A DNA stretch of 64,000 bases from Desulfobaccales bacterium (GTDB taxonomy: Bacteria; Desulfobacterota; Desulfobaccia; Desulfobaccales; 0-14-0-80-60-11), in the NCBI GenBank assembly GCA_049585595.1, contig JBAVAG010000013.1, positions 23,643-87,642 on the forward strand. The letters run 5' to 3'. The position numbers were made by a program, and so were the translations under genes. A model generated the notes under the pieces. The model saw only the letters and a program-made list of their open reading frames with translations, made no database searches and was not told the origin of the DNA. Every line of letters starts with the position of its first letter. The first letter of the stretch is position 1. This document shows, piece by piece, positions 45,611-54,381 of the stretch.

Positions 45611-46945
45611 ATGAGCCATGGCAAAGACAGCAGAAATTCCTATTATGACTGGGCCAGGGAACGGACCGATCCCGCCCATGCCTCCCAGAAACCGGAGGCC
45701 TTGGCTGATCTTCTGGTCCTGGATGTGAGTGCCGGGAATATGGGAGGGCCGGTATGCTCCTCCATGCTCGCCGAACTGGGGGCATTGGTGATCCGCATCG
45801 AACCTCCCGGCGGCGATGTAACCAGGAAATTCAGCCCCTTCGGCGTCATGCATCAAGATACCGGCCTTGGGTATCTCGTGGAAGGCAGAAACAAATACCA
45901 TATCACCCTGGATCTGGAGAAGGCGGAATCCCCGGAGATTTTCACTACCCTGGCGAAGCACGCGGACGTAGTTATCGAAACCCGCCGGCCCGGGGTCATG
46001 GATGGCTGGGGGATAGGATACCGGCAACTGCGGGAAGTCAATCCTCGCCTGATTTATGCCGCCTTAGGCGCTTATGGACAATTCGGGCCGGGGGCCGGCA
46101 GCGGCCGCCCGAGTTCTGAAATAACCAACCAGGCTTACTCGGGCCTGGTTCAGATCAATGGCGAACCTGACCATGGCGAGCCCACGGAATATGGCGTCCC
46201 CACCAAGGTGGGCAGTTGGTACGGCTGGTATGCCGAGGGCCTGTTCGCCGCCTACGGCATCCTGCTCGCCCTCAACTTCCGCAGCGATACGGGCCAAGGC
46301 CAGATGGTCGACGTCTCCGGCGCCGAATGCATGATGAAATTTATCGATTACAATCTCAGTTGGTTCCATATGGATGGCAAGGTCAAAGAGAGGCTGGGGA
46401 ATTACGATATCGCGGTCTTCCCTTATACCTTTGTCCGCTGCCGTGAGGGCTATACCTTCCTGGCGGCCTATAACGATGAAGCCTTCGAAACCCTGATGGA
46501 AATCATTGAACGCCCCGAAATGGCCAAGGATCCGAGATTTTCCTCCTTCCTGAATCGTACCTCGGTGGAGAATGAGGAGGCGCTGCAAAATCTCCTGGAG
46601 GAATGGACCGGGCGCTATCCGGTGGATGAGGTGATTCAGCGGGTTCAGGACGCCATTTCCAAGAAGAAGGGTAGGGCTGCGGCGGTGGTCACCGGCAAGG
46701 TCAGCCAACCGCGGGAAGTGTTAGAGGAGCGGAACTGGTGGGACCGGGGCGTGTTTCAAGAAATTGACGACCCTCACTACGGCAAGCTCACGGTCCAGGG
46801 GCCTGCCTGGAAGATGAGCGAAACCCCGCCGCGCCTCAAATGGTTATGCCGCCCGGTCGGCGCCGACAATGAGTTCATCTACTTAAAATACCTGGGAATG
46901 GGCAGGTCGCAACTGGCCGCCCTGGAAAGGGCAGGGGTTATTTAG
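45611..46945 (+). CDS. Family III CoA-transferase (CaiB/BaiF-like), intact
   Basis: 444 aa. LLVLDVS....GPVCSSMLAELGALVIRIEPPGGD and overall family III pattern. Ends in TAG. Confidence 0.85.
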   Translation: MSHGKDSRNSYYDWARERTDPAHASQKPEALADLLVLDVSAGNMGGPVCSSMLAELGALVIRIEPPGGDVTRKFSPFGVMHQDTGLGYLVEGRNKYHITLDLEKAESPEIFTTLAKHADVVIETRRPGVMDGWGIGYRQLREVNPRLIYAALGAYGQFGPGAGSGRPSSEITNQAYSGLVQINGEPDHGEPTEYGVPTKVGSWYGWYAEGLFAAYGILLALNFRSDTGQGQMVDVSGAECMMKFIDYNLSWFHMDGKVKERLGNYDIAVFPYTFVRCREGYTFLAAYNDEAFETLMEIIERPEMAKDPRFSSFLNRTSVENEEALQNLLEEWTGRYPVDEVIQRVQDAISKKKGRAAAVVTGKVSQPREVLEERNWWDRGVFQEIDDPHYGKLTVQGPAWKMSETPPRLKWLCRPVGADNEFIYLKYLGMGRSQLAALERAGVI

Positions 46946-47095
46946 GTTTTAACTGGTAGCCGCAGGCTTTGGCCTGCGCTCATCCTTAATAAAACAAGCG
47001 TGCAGCCAAGGACAGCGGCTGCCAGAACATGCAGATATTTTTAAACATATTCGATCTAGATGAACAGGTGGCGCCGGCGCCCTCGCCAGCCGCGG

Positions 47096-47134
47096 GAACC
47101 GCCGAGGGCGGCGGTTCTACATTTTCATTTTACT
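47096..47134 (+). terminator. Candidate terminator of the liv/CoA-transferase operon
   Basis: GAACCGCCG (47096-104), loop AGGG, CGGCGGTTC (47109-117), followed by a T-rich tract tacattttcatttt. Confidence 0.45.
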
Positions 47135-47249
47135 TTGTGTCCAATAGGTCATAATGGTTCGCTCTGAATAAAACTTTTGGGCAGACCGGGGTTTGGCAAT
47201 AACCTAGAGAGAGCAAACTTAAGACTGGGAAAATCCTGAAACGCAGGCC

Positions 47250-47297
47250 TGTAGGGGCGGCGTCTCGCCGCCCAGGGCGGGGAAACCCCGCCCCTAC
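47250..47297. repeat. REP-like element, short form of the 15341-15412 element
   Basis: tgtaggggcggcgtctc...ggcggggaaaccccgcccctac, embedded in a longer hairpin gcaggc...gcctgc abutting the AAA+ gene stop. Confidence 0.8.
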
Positions 47298-47309
47298 GCC
47301 TGCGGCTAC

Positions 47310-48392
47310 CTAGTAGCGGGAATAAGTAATGGTGTCTTTTTCGAACTCGACACTGACATCTTCGGTGAGAGAGGGCCGGATTTTGGGCAGGATTTCGAAG
47401 ATGGTGTCAGTGGTAACGCGATAATCGTGCTTGACGAGCAGTTCCTGTTCAAAGGCGAACTGGGCCACTTGCTGGTAGAGATATTCGATATCCGCGGGGG
47501 TAAAGCGCGCCGTCATCTTGACGATCCGCTTTAGATCGATTTCGCCGGTATTAAGCATGGAGAGATAGTGTTTCAGGATAGTGGCTCTCTCGCCTTCGTC
47601 GAGCCCTCCCACGGGGATGACGCAATCAAACCTTCCCGGACGCAGCAAGGCGGGGTCCAATTGCCGGATGTAATTGGTGGCGCAAATCAGGAGGATATGG
47701 TTCCCCTGGTTTTTGAGCAAGGGCACCTGTTTGAGAAATTCGTTGGTGATGGACTTGTCCACCCGGCTGGCCTCGTCCCGATTTCCCGCCAGCTCTTCAA
47801 ATTCATCGATAAAAACGACGGTTTCCTTAAGGGTGCGAGCCTTTTCCATGACCTGGCGCAGATTGGCCCCCACCTTGTCGACGCCGTCAACCATAAGCAT
47901 GCTGGGGGCAATTTCGATGAACCACCAGGAAAGCGCCCCGGCGATGGCTTTGGCAAAATGAGTCTTGCCGGTGCCGGGAGGTCCGAAAAAAATGATGGCT
48001 TTGGGAGGGACGACGCCGTGTTTTTTGGATAGATCTTCCTGGGTCAAGGGCAGAATGATCCTTTTCTGGACGATCTGCTTGGGCGGTTGGGACTCCGCAA
48101 TGGTGTCCCAGATCTCTTTGCCGATGGTGAGAGCACCCATTTCCTTCAAAAGGTCTTGTTGTTGATAGGCGAGGTATTCCTCCCGGGCTTGCTCCATATT
48201 TTCCAGGAAGTCGATGCAGGCGACCCGCAGGCCGACATCGCGGGCCAGTTTTTCGGACATGAGCCATTTATGCTGCAAAATCTTGGGCCACACATCCGCG
48301 GCAGCCTCCGGCTCCAACCTGGCGCCGCTGCACTCAAATATTTTAGCGGACGATACTTCCGGCGCTAAGAGATCGGTCAATTCTTCGTTCAT
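47310..48392 (-). CDS. AAA+ ATPase (classic-clade single AAA module) with an uncharacterised N-terminal domain of about 120 aa
   Basis: 360 aa. Walker A GPPGTGKTH, Walker B VVFIDEFEEL, second region of homology ATNYIRQLDPALLRPGRFD. Confidence 0.85.
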   Translation of the reverse strand: MNEELTDLLAPEVSSAKIFECSGARLEPEAAADVWPKILQHKWLMSEKLARDVGLRVACIDFLENMEQAREEYLAYQQQDLLKEMGALTIGKEIWDTIAESQPPKQIVQKRIILPLTQEDLSKKHGVVPPKAIIFFGPPGTGKTHFAKAIAGALSWWFIEIAPSMLMVDGVDKVGANLRQVMEKARTLKETVVFIDEFEELAGNRDEASRVDKSITNEFLKQVPLLKNQGNHILLICATNYIRQLDPALLRPGRFDCVIPVGGLDEGERATILKHYLSMLNTGEIDLKRIVKMTARFTPADIEYLYQQVAQFAFEQELLVKHDYRVTTDTIFEILPKIRPSLTEDVSVEFEKDTITYSRY

Positions 48393-48695
48393 GATCTAAA
48401 GCCTCGTATAAGGCCCTGCCCCCCGCCGTCTCTTTGCCGAGGGAGCCTCACCAGAGGGGTCTCTCATAAATCCTGAAGTGCCGGAAAGTTAAGGCGATGA
48501 GACAGGAATATGCCCAAGGTCAGGGTTTGCAGATATTAGCTGGCTTATTTGGATGTTTTTAAAATATCTCATTTCCTCTCAGGCTTCAAGTTATAATTTG
48601 ATGAAAGCCATTCTCGATGGCCGTAGGCAGGGGCCAGGGGCGAGGGCCCGGCATCGCCGCCCCTGGCGGCTGGTTCGAGAGACTGGAGGCTCGAT

Positions 48696-49760
48696 ATGAC
48701 TGAGGCCCCGGAAAGGCCCGAACAGCTTGAACTCCCAAGGCGCCGCAGCAGCCCCTGGCCCTATCTCGTGACCGGGGCGCTCCTGGGCGCCGCCTTTGAA
48801 ATGCTGGTTAGTGTGCCCATGGATGCGGTCTTCCGGAACCTGTTTGGGTACCTTTTTGCAGGAAACCCCATCAGGTTGTCCAGTGCTCTGTCCCATCTGG
48901 CCCAACCGGGGGAGATGCCGGCGATCAGCCTGACCGGCTTTATTTTAGGGGCCGTTCTGGGGTTGGTTTACTATCGCCTTAGGGAGAACCAGAAACGCCT
49001 TCATGATTTGCACCAGGAATTCGAAATGCAAGTGGCGACCCTGCGGCACCATTACAAAAACCTGGCCATAGGGATAAACGGGTTTTCGGGGCGAGCCAGA
49101 AGAAAACTGGAAAAATTGCGGCCCCAGCTCCATGATTACGTATTGCCAGATGCCGATCTCGGGCTCGAGATCGATTCCCTGGAGCAAAGCCTGACTATTC
49201 TGACAGAGGCCTCGCAACGCCTTTCCCATACCTTGGAAGATGAGTTGAGGTTTTTAAAGGCTCTGCAAAGCGGCCCCTTGACCCAGGCGTCCCAGGAGTT
49301 TTTCCCGATCTTGCGGCATGCCATCCAGGACCTCCTGGATTTGCGTTTCCGGGACAAGGAGATTCGAGTGGAAATCAACGGTGCCGCGCCGAATGAATGC
49401 TGCGGCGCCCCCCTGGTATTTCCCTTTGATCCGATCACCATGGAGATCATTTTACAGAACATTTTGAGCAACGCCATGCACTACGGCGACTTCATCCAAA
49501 TAAAGGCGGCGGCAGAGGATGGCATGGTAAGGGTGGAAATCAGGGACAATGGGCCGGGGATCGAGATGGAGGCGATTAAACGCAGTCTGGTTAGCCAGGG
49601 TGCCCGCCAGGGAGCGGAGAGCAGCCAATTGGGCCTCCGGGTGACTCTGCACTTGCTGGAGAAATGCGGCGGCCACCTGTCAGCCATGAGCAAACCAGGG
49701 ATCGGGACCAGCTTCATCCTGGAATTTCCCGCTGTTTCGACGAAAAGTGCAGCTAGTTAA
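48696..49760 (+). CDS. Membrane histidine kinase with no adjacent response regulator
   Basis: 354 aa with 2 N-terminal TM segments. H-box region LRHHYKNLAIGINGF, N-box ILSNAMHYG, G-box DNGPGI. GGAGG RBS. Confidence 0.75.
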   Translation: MTEAPERPEQLELPRRRSSPWPYLVTGALLGAAFEMLVSVPMDAVFRNLFGYLFAGNPIRLSSALSHLAQPGEMPAISLTGFILGAVLGLVYYRLRENQKRLHDLHQEFEMQVATLRHHYKNLAIGINGFSGRARRKLEKLRPQLHDYVLPDADLGLEIDSLEQSLTILTEASQRLSHTLEDELRFLKALQSGPLTQASQEFFPILRHAIQDLLDLRFRDKEIRVEINGAAPNECCGAPLVFPFDPITMEIILQNILSNAMHYGDFIQIKAAAEDGMVRVEIRDNGPGIEMEAIKRSLVSQGARQGAESSQLGLRVTLHLLEKCGGHLSAMSKPGIGTSFILEFPAVSTKSAAS

Positions 49761-49842
49761 GGCAGCCTCTCTCCTCCGGGCGTAATCTGCCTTTAAAATA
49801 CCAAAGGCTCGATAAAGAATGTCTAGTCTGTCCTTCTTCCAC

Positions 49843-49902
49843 CAGTCCTTAATATGGACTGAGCCTTATAGCCTCTAGAAGCGACTATGGATGTGGTATA
49901 AT
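49843..49902 (+). promoter_or_regulatory. Candidate qNOR promoter region: 6-7-6 palindrome plus extended -10
   Basis: CAGTCC-ttaatat-GGACTG (49843-49861), then TGGTATAAT (49894-49902), about 24 nt upstream of the ATG. Confidence 0.35.
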
Positions 49903-49925
49903 CTCGGTTAAGGAGGGCGTTCCCG

Positions 49926-52226
49926 ATGGCGACAGCGCAGCAGACCGGCCAAGAACTCTCACCTTGGTGGAAAATAGGGGTCATTTTCACCCTGTTCGCC
50001 GGGTTTTCTGTTCTGATCTTCATCGCGGTAAAGGCCTACAACTACGCCCCGCCCATACCTCTCAAAGTGGTCAATGCCGGGGGTGAAACCGTTTTCACCC
50101 GGGAAGATATCCTGGCGGGCCAGCAAGTTTTTCTTAAATATGCCCTCATGGAAAACGGCACTATTTGGGGGCACGGGGGCTATCTGGGGCCGGATTTTTC
50201 CGCCGCCTACCTCCACAACCTGGCGCTGGAGGCCGGGGACATGGAGGCCCGGCAAGGTTACGGCCATTCCCTGGCGGAGATCGACCGCGCCCAGCGGGAT
50301 GTGGTGGCGGGCGCGGTGCAGCGCCTGCTCAAAGAGAATCGCTACAACCCCCAAACCCAGACCTTGGTGTTCTCGGAACCGGAAGCCGCGTCCTTCCGGC
50401 GGCAGATCGGCCAATGGACCGACTATTTCGCCTACCCCCAAAAAAACGGCGGTTTGAAAGCTAAATATATCGACAACCCCCGGGAACTACGCCAGCTCAC
50501 TGCCTTTTTTGCCTGGACCGCCTGGGCCTCAGTGGCTGATCGCCCGGGTCGGGACTACTCTTACACCAGCAATTTCCCTTACGATCCCCTGGTTGGCAAC
50601 ACGCCTCCGGCCGCGGTCTACCTGTGGAGCGCCCTGAGCCTCATCACCTTGCTGGCCGGGATCGCGGTCATCCTGTTCGCCTTCGGCAAGTTCGATTACC
50701 TGGGCTGGCGGGGGACCGGCACTCCGGCACATCCCCTGATGCTCCCGGGCCGGGCCAGCGTCATGCAAAAAGCCACCATCAAATTTTTTCTGGTAGTCAC
50801 CCTGCTATTTTTGGCCCAGGTGCTGGTGGGTGCGGCCACGGCCCACAACCGGGCGGAGCCGGGCAGTTTTTACGGGCTGAATCTCTACTATTGGTTCCCC
50901 AGCAACATCCTGCGCACCTGGCACCTGCAATTGGCGATTTTCTGGATTGTCACTGCCTACGTCGCCGGCGGGCTGGTCCTGGCCTCATCCCTGGGAGAGA
51001 AAGAGACCCGCGGGCAGGTGCGGGGCGTTCACCTGCTCTTCTGGGCCCTGGTGGTGGTGGTAGCTGGCAGCCTCCTGGGGGAGATTCTGGGTATCAACCA
51101 ACTGATGGGCCGCCTCTGGTTCTGGTTCGGGGACCAGGGCTGGGAATACCTGGACCTGGGACGCGCCTGGCAATTCTTGCTGGCCCTAGGGCTGGGTTTA
51201 TGGGTGCTGCTTCTCTACCGGACCCTGGCTCCAGCCTTCCAGAACCCGGCGCGCCGGGAAATCTCCGGCCTCTTCATGCTGGTTGCCTTGGCCATTCCGG
51301 TTTTCTACCTGCCCGCCTTTTTCTTCGGCAGCACCACCAATTTCACCATAGTGGACAACTGGCGGTTCTGGATCGTTCACCTGTGGGTGGAAGGCTTTTT
51401 GGAACTCCTGGTGACCGCCATGGTGGCCGTCACTTTCTTCTTAATGGGAGTGGTCTCGCGTCAGACCGCAGCCCGGGTGGTTTATCTGGATGCCATCCTT
51501 TTTTTGGGGAGCGGCATTGTGGGCACCGGCCACCACTGGTATTGGACCGGCCAGACCCAACTCAACATGGCCCTGTCCGCCCTGTTTTCCTCCATGGAGG
51601 TGGTGCCTTTGACCCTCTTGACCCTGGATGCCTGGGATTTCGTCAAGCTGACCAAGGGTGAGTGCGAAGTCTGCGGGGTCAATCTCTCCATGCCCCATAA
51701 ATGGACCTTTTATTTTTTGATGGCCGTGGGGTTTTGGAATTTCGTGGGAGCCGGCATCTTCGGATTTCTTATCAATCTGCCCATTGTCAGTTACTTTGAG
51801 GTGGGCACCCTCCTGACCCTCAACCACGCCCACGCCGCCCTGATGGGAGCCTTCGGCATGGAGGCCATGGCCTTGACCGTCATGGCCCTGCGCCAGGTCC
51901 TGCCGGACGAGCAGTGGGCCAGTCCGGAAAAATATATCCGGGTGTCCTTCTGGGGGTTGAATATCGGCCTGGCCCTGATGGTGGTGGGCAACCTCTTCCC
52001 CGGGGGGGTTTTGCAGTTTTACGACGTCCTGATTAATGGTTATTGGCACGCCCGCAGCCTGGCTTACACGGGACGGAGCTACGTACGTTTCATCGAATGG
52101 TGCAGGATGCCCGGCGATCTGGTTTTCATTTTCCTGGGGGTGGTCCCCATGGTAATGGCCGCAACCTTAACCTATTGGACCATCACCCGGGGAGCAAGCC
52201 CTTCCTCCCCGGGGCCCAAAGGTTAA
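49926..52226 (+). CDS. norZ: Quinol-dependent nitric oxide reductase (qNOR, single-subunit NorB with fused N-terminal domain)
   Basis: 766 aa. N-terminal TM plus periplasmic domain without CxxCH. Catalytic HLWVEG, GHHWYW, LNHAHAA. AHNRAE at the position I recall for the quinol-site His/Glu. Confidence 0.88.
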   Translation: MATAQQTGQELSPWWKIGVIFTLFAGFSVLIFIAVKAYNYAPPIPLKVVNAGGETVFTREDILAGQQVFLKYALMENGTIWGHGGYLGPDFSAAYLHNLALEAGDMEARQGYGHSLAEIDRAQRDVVAGAVQRLLKENRYNPQTQTLVFSEPEAASFRRQIGQWTDYFAYPQKNGGLKAKYIDNPRELRQLTAFFAWTAWASVADRPGRDYSYTSNFPYDPLVGNTPPAAVYLWSALSLITLLAGIAVILFAFGKFDYLGWRGTGTPAHPLMLPGRASVMQKATIKFFLVVTLLFLAQVLVGAATAHNRAEPGSFYGLNLYYWFPSNILRTWHLQLAIFWIVTAYVAGGLVLASSLGEKETRGQVRGVHLLFWALVVVVAGSLLGEILGINQLMGRLWFWFGDQGWEYLDLGRAWQFLLALGLGLWVLLLYRTLAPAFQNPARREISGLFMLVALAIPVFYLPAFFFGSTTNFTIVDNWRFWIVHLWVEGFLELLVTAMVAVTFFLMGVVSRQTAARVVYLDAILFLGSGIVGTGHHWYWTGQTQLNMALSALFSSMEVVPLTLLTLDAWDFVKLTKGECEVCGVNLSMPHKWTFYFLMAVGFWNFVGAGIFGFLINLPIVSYFEVGTLLTLNHAHAALMGAFGMEAMALTVMALRQVLPDEQWASPEKYIRVSFWGLNIGLALMVVGNLFPGGVLQFYDVLINGYWHARSLAYTGRSYVRFIEWCRMPGDLVFIFLGVVPMVMAATLTYWTITRGASPSSPGPKG

Positions 52227-52393
52227 TAGGTTTTTTTAAAAGCCCGAAGCTGAAGAAATCGGCGCAGGGGGGCACGAGCAGCACCACCAGCTCGCCCATG
52301 AGCTGGCAGAGGATTGATTTGGCAGTTGAGCATCTGCCCGTGTCAAGGCGGCCTAGTATATTCAAGCAAAAACTTTTCCAGAGGAGAAGAACT

Positions 52394-52711
52394 ATGAAAA
52401 AGATCAATATCTTCGAGGCCAACGATTTCAACGAAAAGAGTATGAAAAAGCTTCTGGTGCATGACTCCCCTTATTTCAAAATCATTAACTTCAATTTCAA
52501 AGCTGGACAGGAACTCCCGGTGCATGCCCACGACATCGAGGGGCAGGTAAGTTTGGTGGTCTTAGAGGGTGAGGGGGAATTTCTCGGAAAAGACGGGGCC
52601 ACGCTGGCCGCCGCCCGGGGGGACGTGCTGATTTGCGAGATCGCCGAACCCCACGGCATCAGGGCCAAGACCGAATTGCGACTTCTGGTCACCATTGCCC
52701 CGCCCATTTGA
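52394..52711 (+). CDS. Small cupin-domain protein
   Basis: 105 aa. G.ELPVHAHD..GQ....EGEG.....G...........I....PHG (two cupin motifs). GAGGAG RBS. The track ORF from 52043 overlaps qNOR and is not supported. Confidence 0.75.
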   Translation: MKKINIFEANDFNEKSMKKLLVHDSPYFKIINFNFKAGQELPVHAHDIEGQVSLVVLEGEGEFLGKDGATLAAARGDVLICEIAEPHGIRAKTELRLLVTIAPPI

Positions 52712-52746
52712 TAATGGAATAAATATTTGGAGACGAGGAAACGATT

Positions 52747-52941
52747 ATGACTAAGGCGGTTTACATCGATGAAGAAGAATGCATCGGCTGCGGATCTTGC
52801 CTGGAGATCTGTCCCGAGGTCTTCCAGATGAAGGAAGGCGAGGAAAAGGCAGAAGTTATAAAACCGGAGGGAGGCCCCGAAGAACTGATCCAGGAAGCCA
52901 TGGACACCTGCCCGGTGTCATGTATTCACTGGGAAGATTAA
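52747..52941 (+). CDS. Small single-cluster ferredoxin
   Basis: 64 aa. CIGCGSCLEICP ... CP. Confidence 0.85.
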   Translation: MTKAVYIDEEECIGCGSCLEICPEVFQMKEGEEKAEVIKPEGGPEELIQEAMDTCPVSCIHWED

Positions 52942-52968
52942 GGGCCATCCTAACAATGAGGTCTAAAG

Positions 52969-53178
52969 ATGGTTCGGCGCAATCCCATGATAGAAATCGA
53001 AGAGTGCATTGCCTGCGGCAATTGCGAGCAAGTCTGTCCCGAAGTCTTCCGCCTCAATGAAGTCCTGGGACATTCAGAGGTCATCAACGCCTTTGGCGCC
53101 CCGGAGGACCAGGTCCAGCAGGCCATGGACCAGTGTCCGGCGCAATGTATTCATTGGCAAGAAGAAGAAGAAGCCTGA
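52969..53178 (+). CDS. Small single-cluster ferredoxin (paralog)
   Basis: 69 aa. CIACGNCEQVCP ... CP. The start could be the internal ATG (MIEIEE). Confidence 0.8.
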   Translation: MVRRNPMIEIEECIACGNCEQVCPEVFRLNEVLGHSEVINAFGAPEDQVQQAMDQCPAQCIHWQEEEEA

Positions 53179-53313
53179 GGGTATTTCTCTCATCTCGCCC
53201 AAAAGTAGGCTCAGATGGCCATTCAACTAAAGTGGGTATAGTTGATTCAGCTTTCCAAAAAAGCCCAGATCGCCCCGGGTGGAGCGATCTGGGATCTGGC
53301 AGCGGCAGGAGAA

Positions 53314-54090
53314 TTACGGCTGATGATGTTCCTCATGAGGAGGAGGCGTCCCGGGTTTAGCAGCGCCGGGAGTGGCAGGCTTATATTTAGGAGATGTGCC
53401 TCCCTGAGGATGATATCCCGGAGTGCCACCCGCCTGGGGATGATACCCGGGAGTGCCACCTCCCTGGGGACGATATCCAGGATTAGTGCCTCCCTGGGGA
53501 CGATACCCCGGAACGGTACCGGTACCCCCTTGAGGACGATACCCGGGAGCTCCTTGGGGATGATACCCCGGAGTGGTGCCCTGAGGATGATAGCCCGGGG
53601 TAGTGCCTCCTTGGGGATGATACCCGGGGCCACCGGTTCCTGCGCTCTGGACTCCTCGATTCCAACCTCCCCCCTGGCCGTGATTGTAGCGGTTATAAAA
53701 ATTCTGGTCATAGTGCTGGCCAACCGCGTGATCGCGCCATTGAGGATACTGGTGCTCAAAATTAGACCAGTATTGCGGATGGCCCCGATACCACTGATCC
53801 CACCCCGGCGCATACCAGTTTCCGGGTCTCACAATATAGGTTTGAGGGTATGCGTAATACGGGGCAAATCCAATTTTAGGGCCGAAAAAGTAATACAGGA
53901 TCCCATTCAAGAACCAATCGCCTTTAAAAAAGGTCCAGGGCGTATTGGTCCCAACATACGGCTGGACGACAACCGGTTGGACCGGGTGGGCATAGTAATA
54001 GCCCTGGGCGGAACAAGGTCCCGACGTCACGCCGATGGCGCCTCCAGCCAGCACGACTGCCAGCAGCAAAAAAATAATTGACCTTTTCAT
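53314..54090 (-). CDS. Secreted aromatic/His-rich protein with about 9 tandem PGY(H/R)PQGG(T) nonapeptide repeats
   Basis: 258 aa with a signal peptide (MKRSIIFLLLAVVLAGGAIG). Y/W/H/Q-rich N-domain, then repeats encoded around 53370-53645. Confidence 0.7.
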   Translation of the reverse strand: MKRSIIFLLLAVVLAGGAIGVTSGPCSAQGYYYAHPVQPVVVQPYVGTNTPWTFFKGDWFLNGILYYFFGPKIGFAPYYAYPQTYIVRPGNWYAPGWDQWYRGHPQYWSNFEHQYPQWRDHAVGQHYDQNFYNRYNHGQGGGWNRGVQSAGTGGPGYHPQGGTTPGYHPQGTTPGYHPQGAPGYRPQGGTGTVPGYRPQGGTNPGYRPQGGGTPGYHPQAGGTPGYHPQGGTSPKYKPATPGAAKPGTPPPHEEHHQP

Positions 54091-54381
54091 ACGTACCCCC
54101 GCAAGTTGTCTTTAAGTTGGCGGAATGCCTTTTCTGATAGGTTAGATGACCATGATCCTGAATAAGTTAACTTGCTTTTTTCCTCTGCCGGCGCTTCTCC
54201 AGAAAGGCCACTAAACCCCGGACGAAATCCGGACCCGCCCATAAACGGGCGTGGCCTTAAGGGCCCAGCCCTGTCCCGGGTTAGGCAGTCTGCTGCCCAA
54301 CGCCGTCTTTTGTCTAAGGTGGAACTGAGTGCCAGTCGCGGCTCGGAAGCTGAGAGGGTGGCCGATCTCTTTAAATACGCC

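Noticed and set aside
49926-52226. Possibility that the NorB-like protein is a nitric oxide dismutase (Nod) rather than a qNOR.
   Set aside because: As I recall, Nod candidates have substitutions in the catalytic His/Glu set and lose the quinol-site residues. Here HLWVEG, GHHWYW and AHNRAE are all canonical.
54206-54256. Three-way-junction-like palindromic element GGCCAC...[CCGGA-cgaaa-TCCGG][CGCCC-ataaac-GGGCG]...GTGGCC between the Mla operon and the repeat-protein gene.
   Set aside because: It is symmetric on both strands, with no adjacent promoter or terminator signals and no match to a known RNA. Most simply it is another REP-type palindrome or a factor-independent 3' hairpin.
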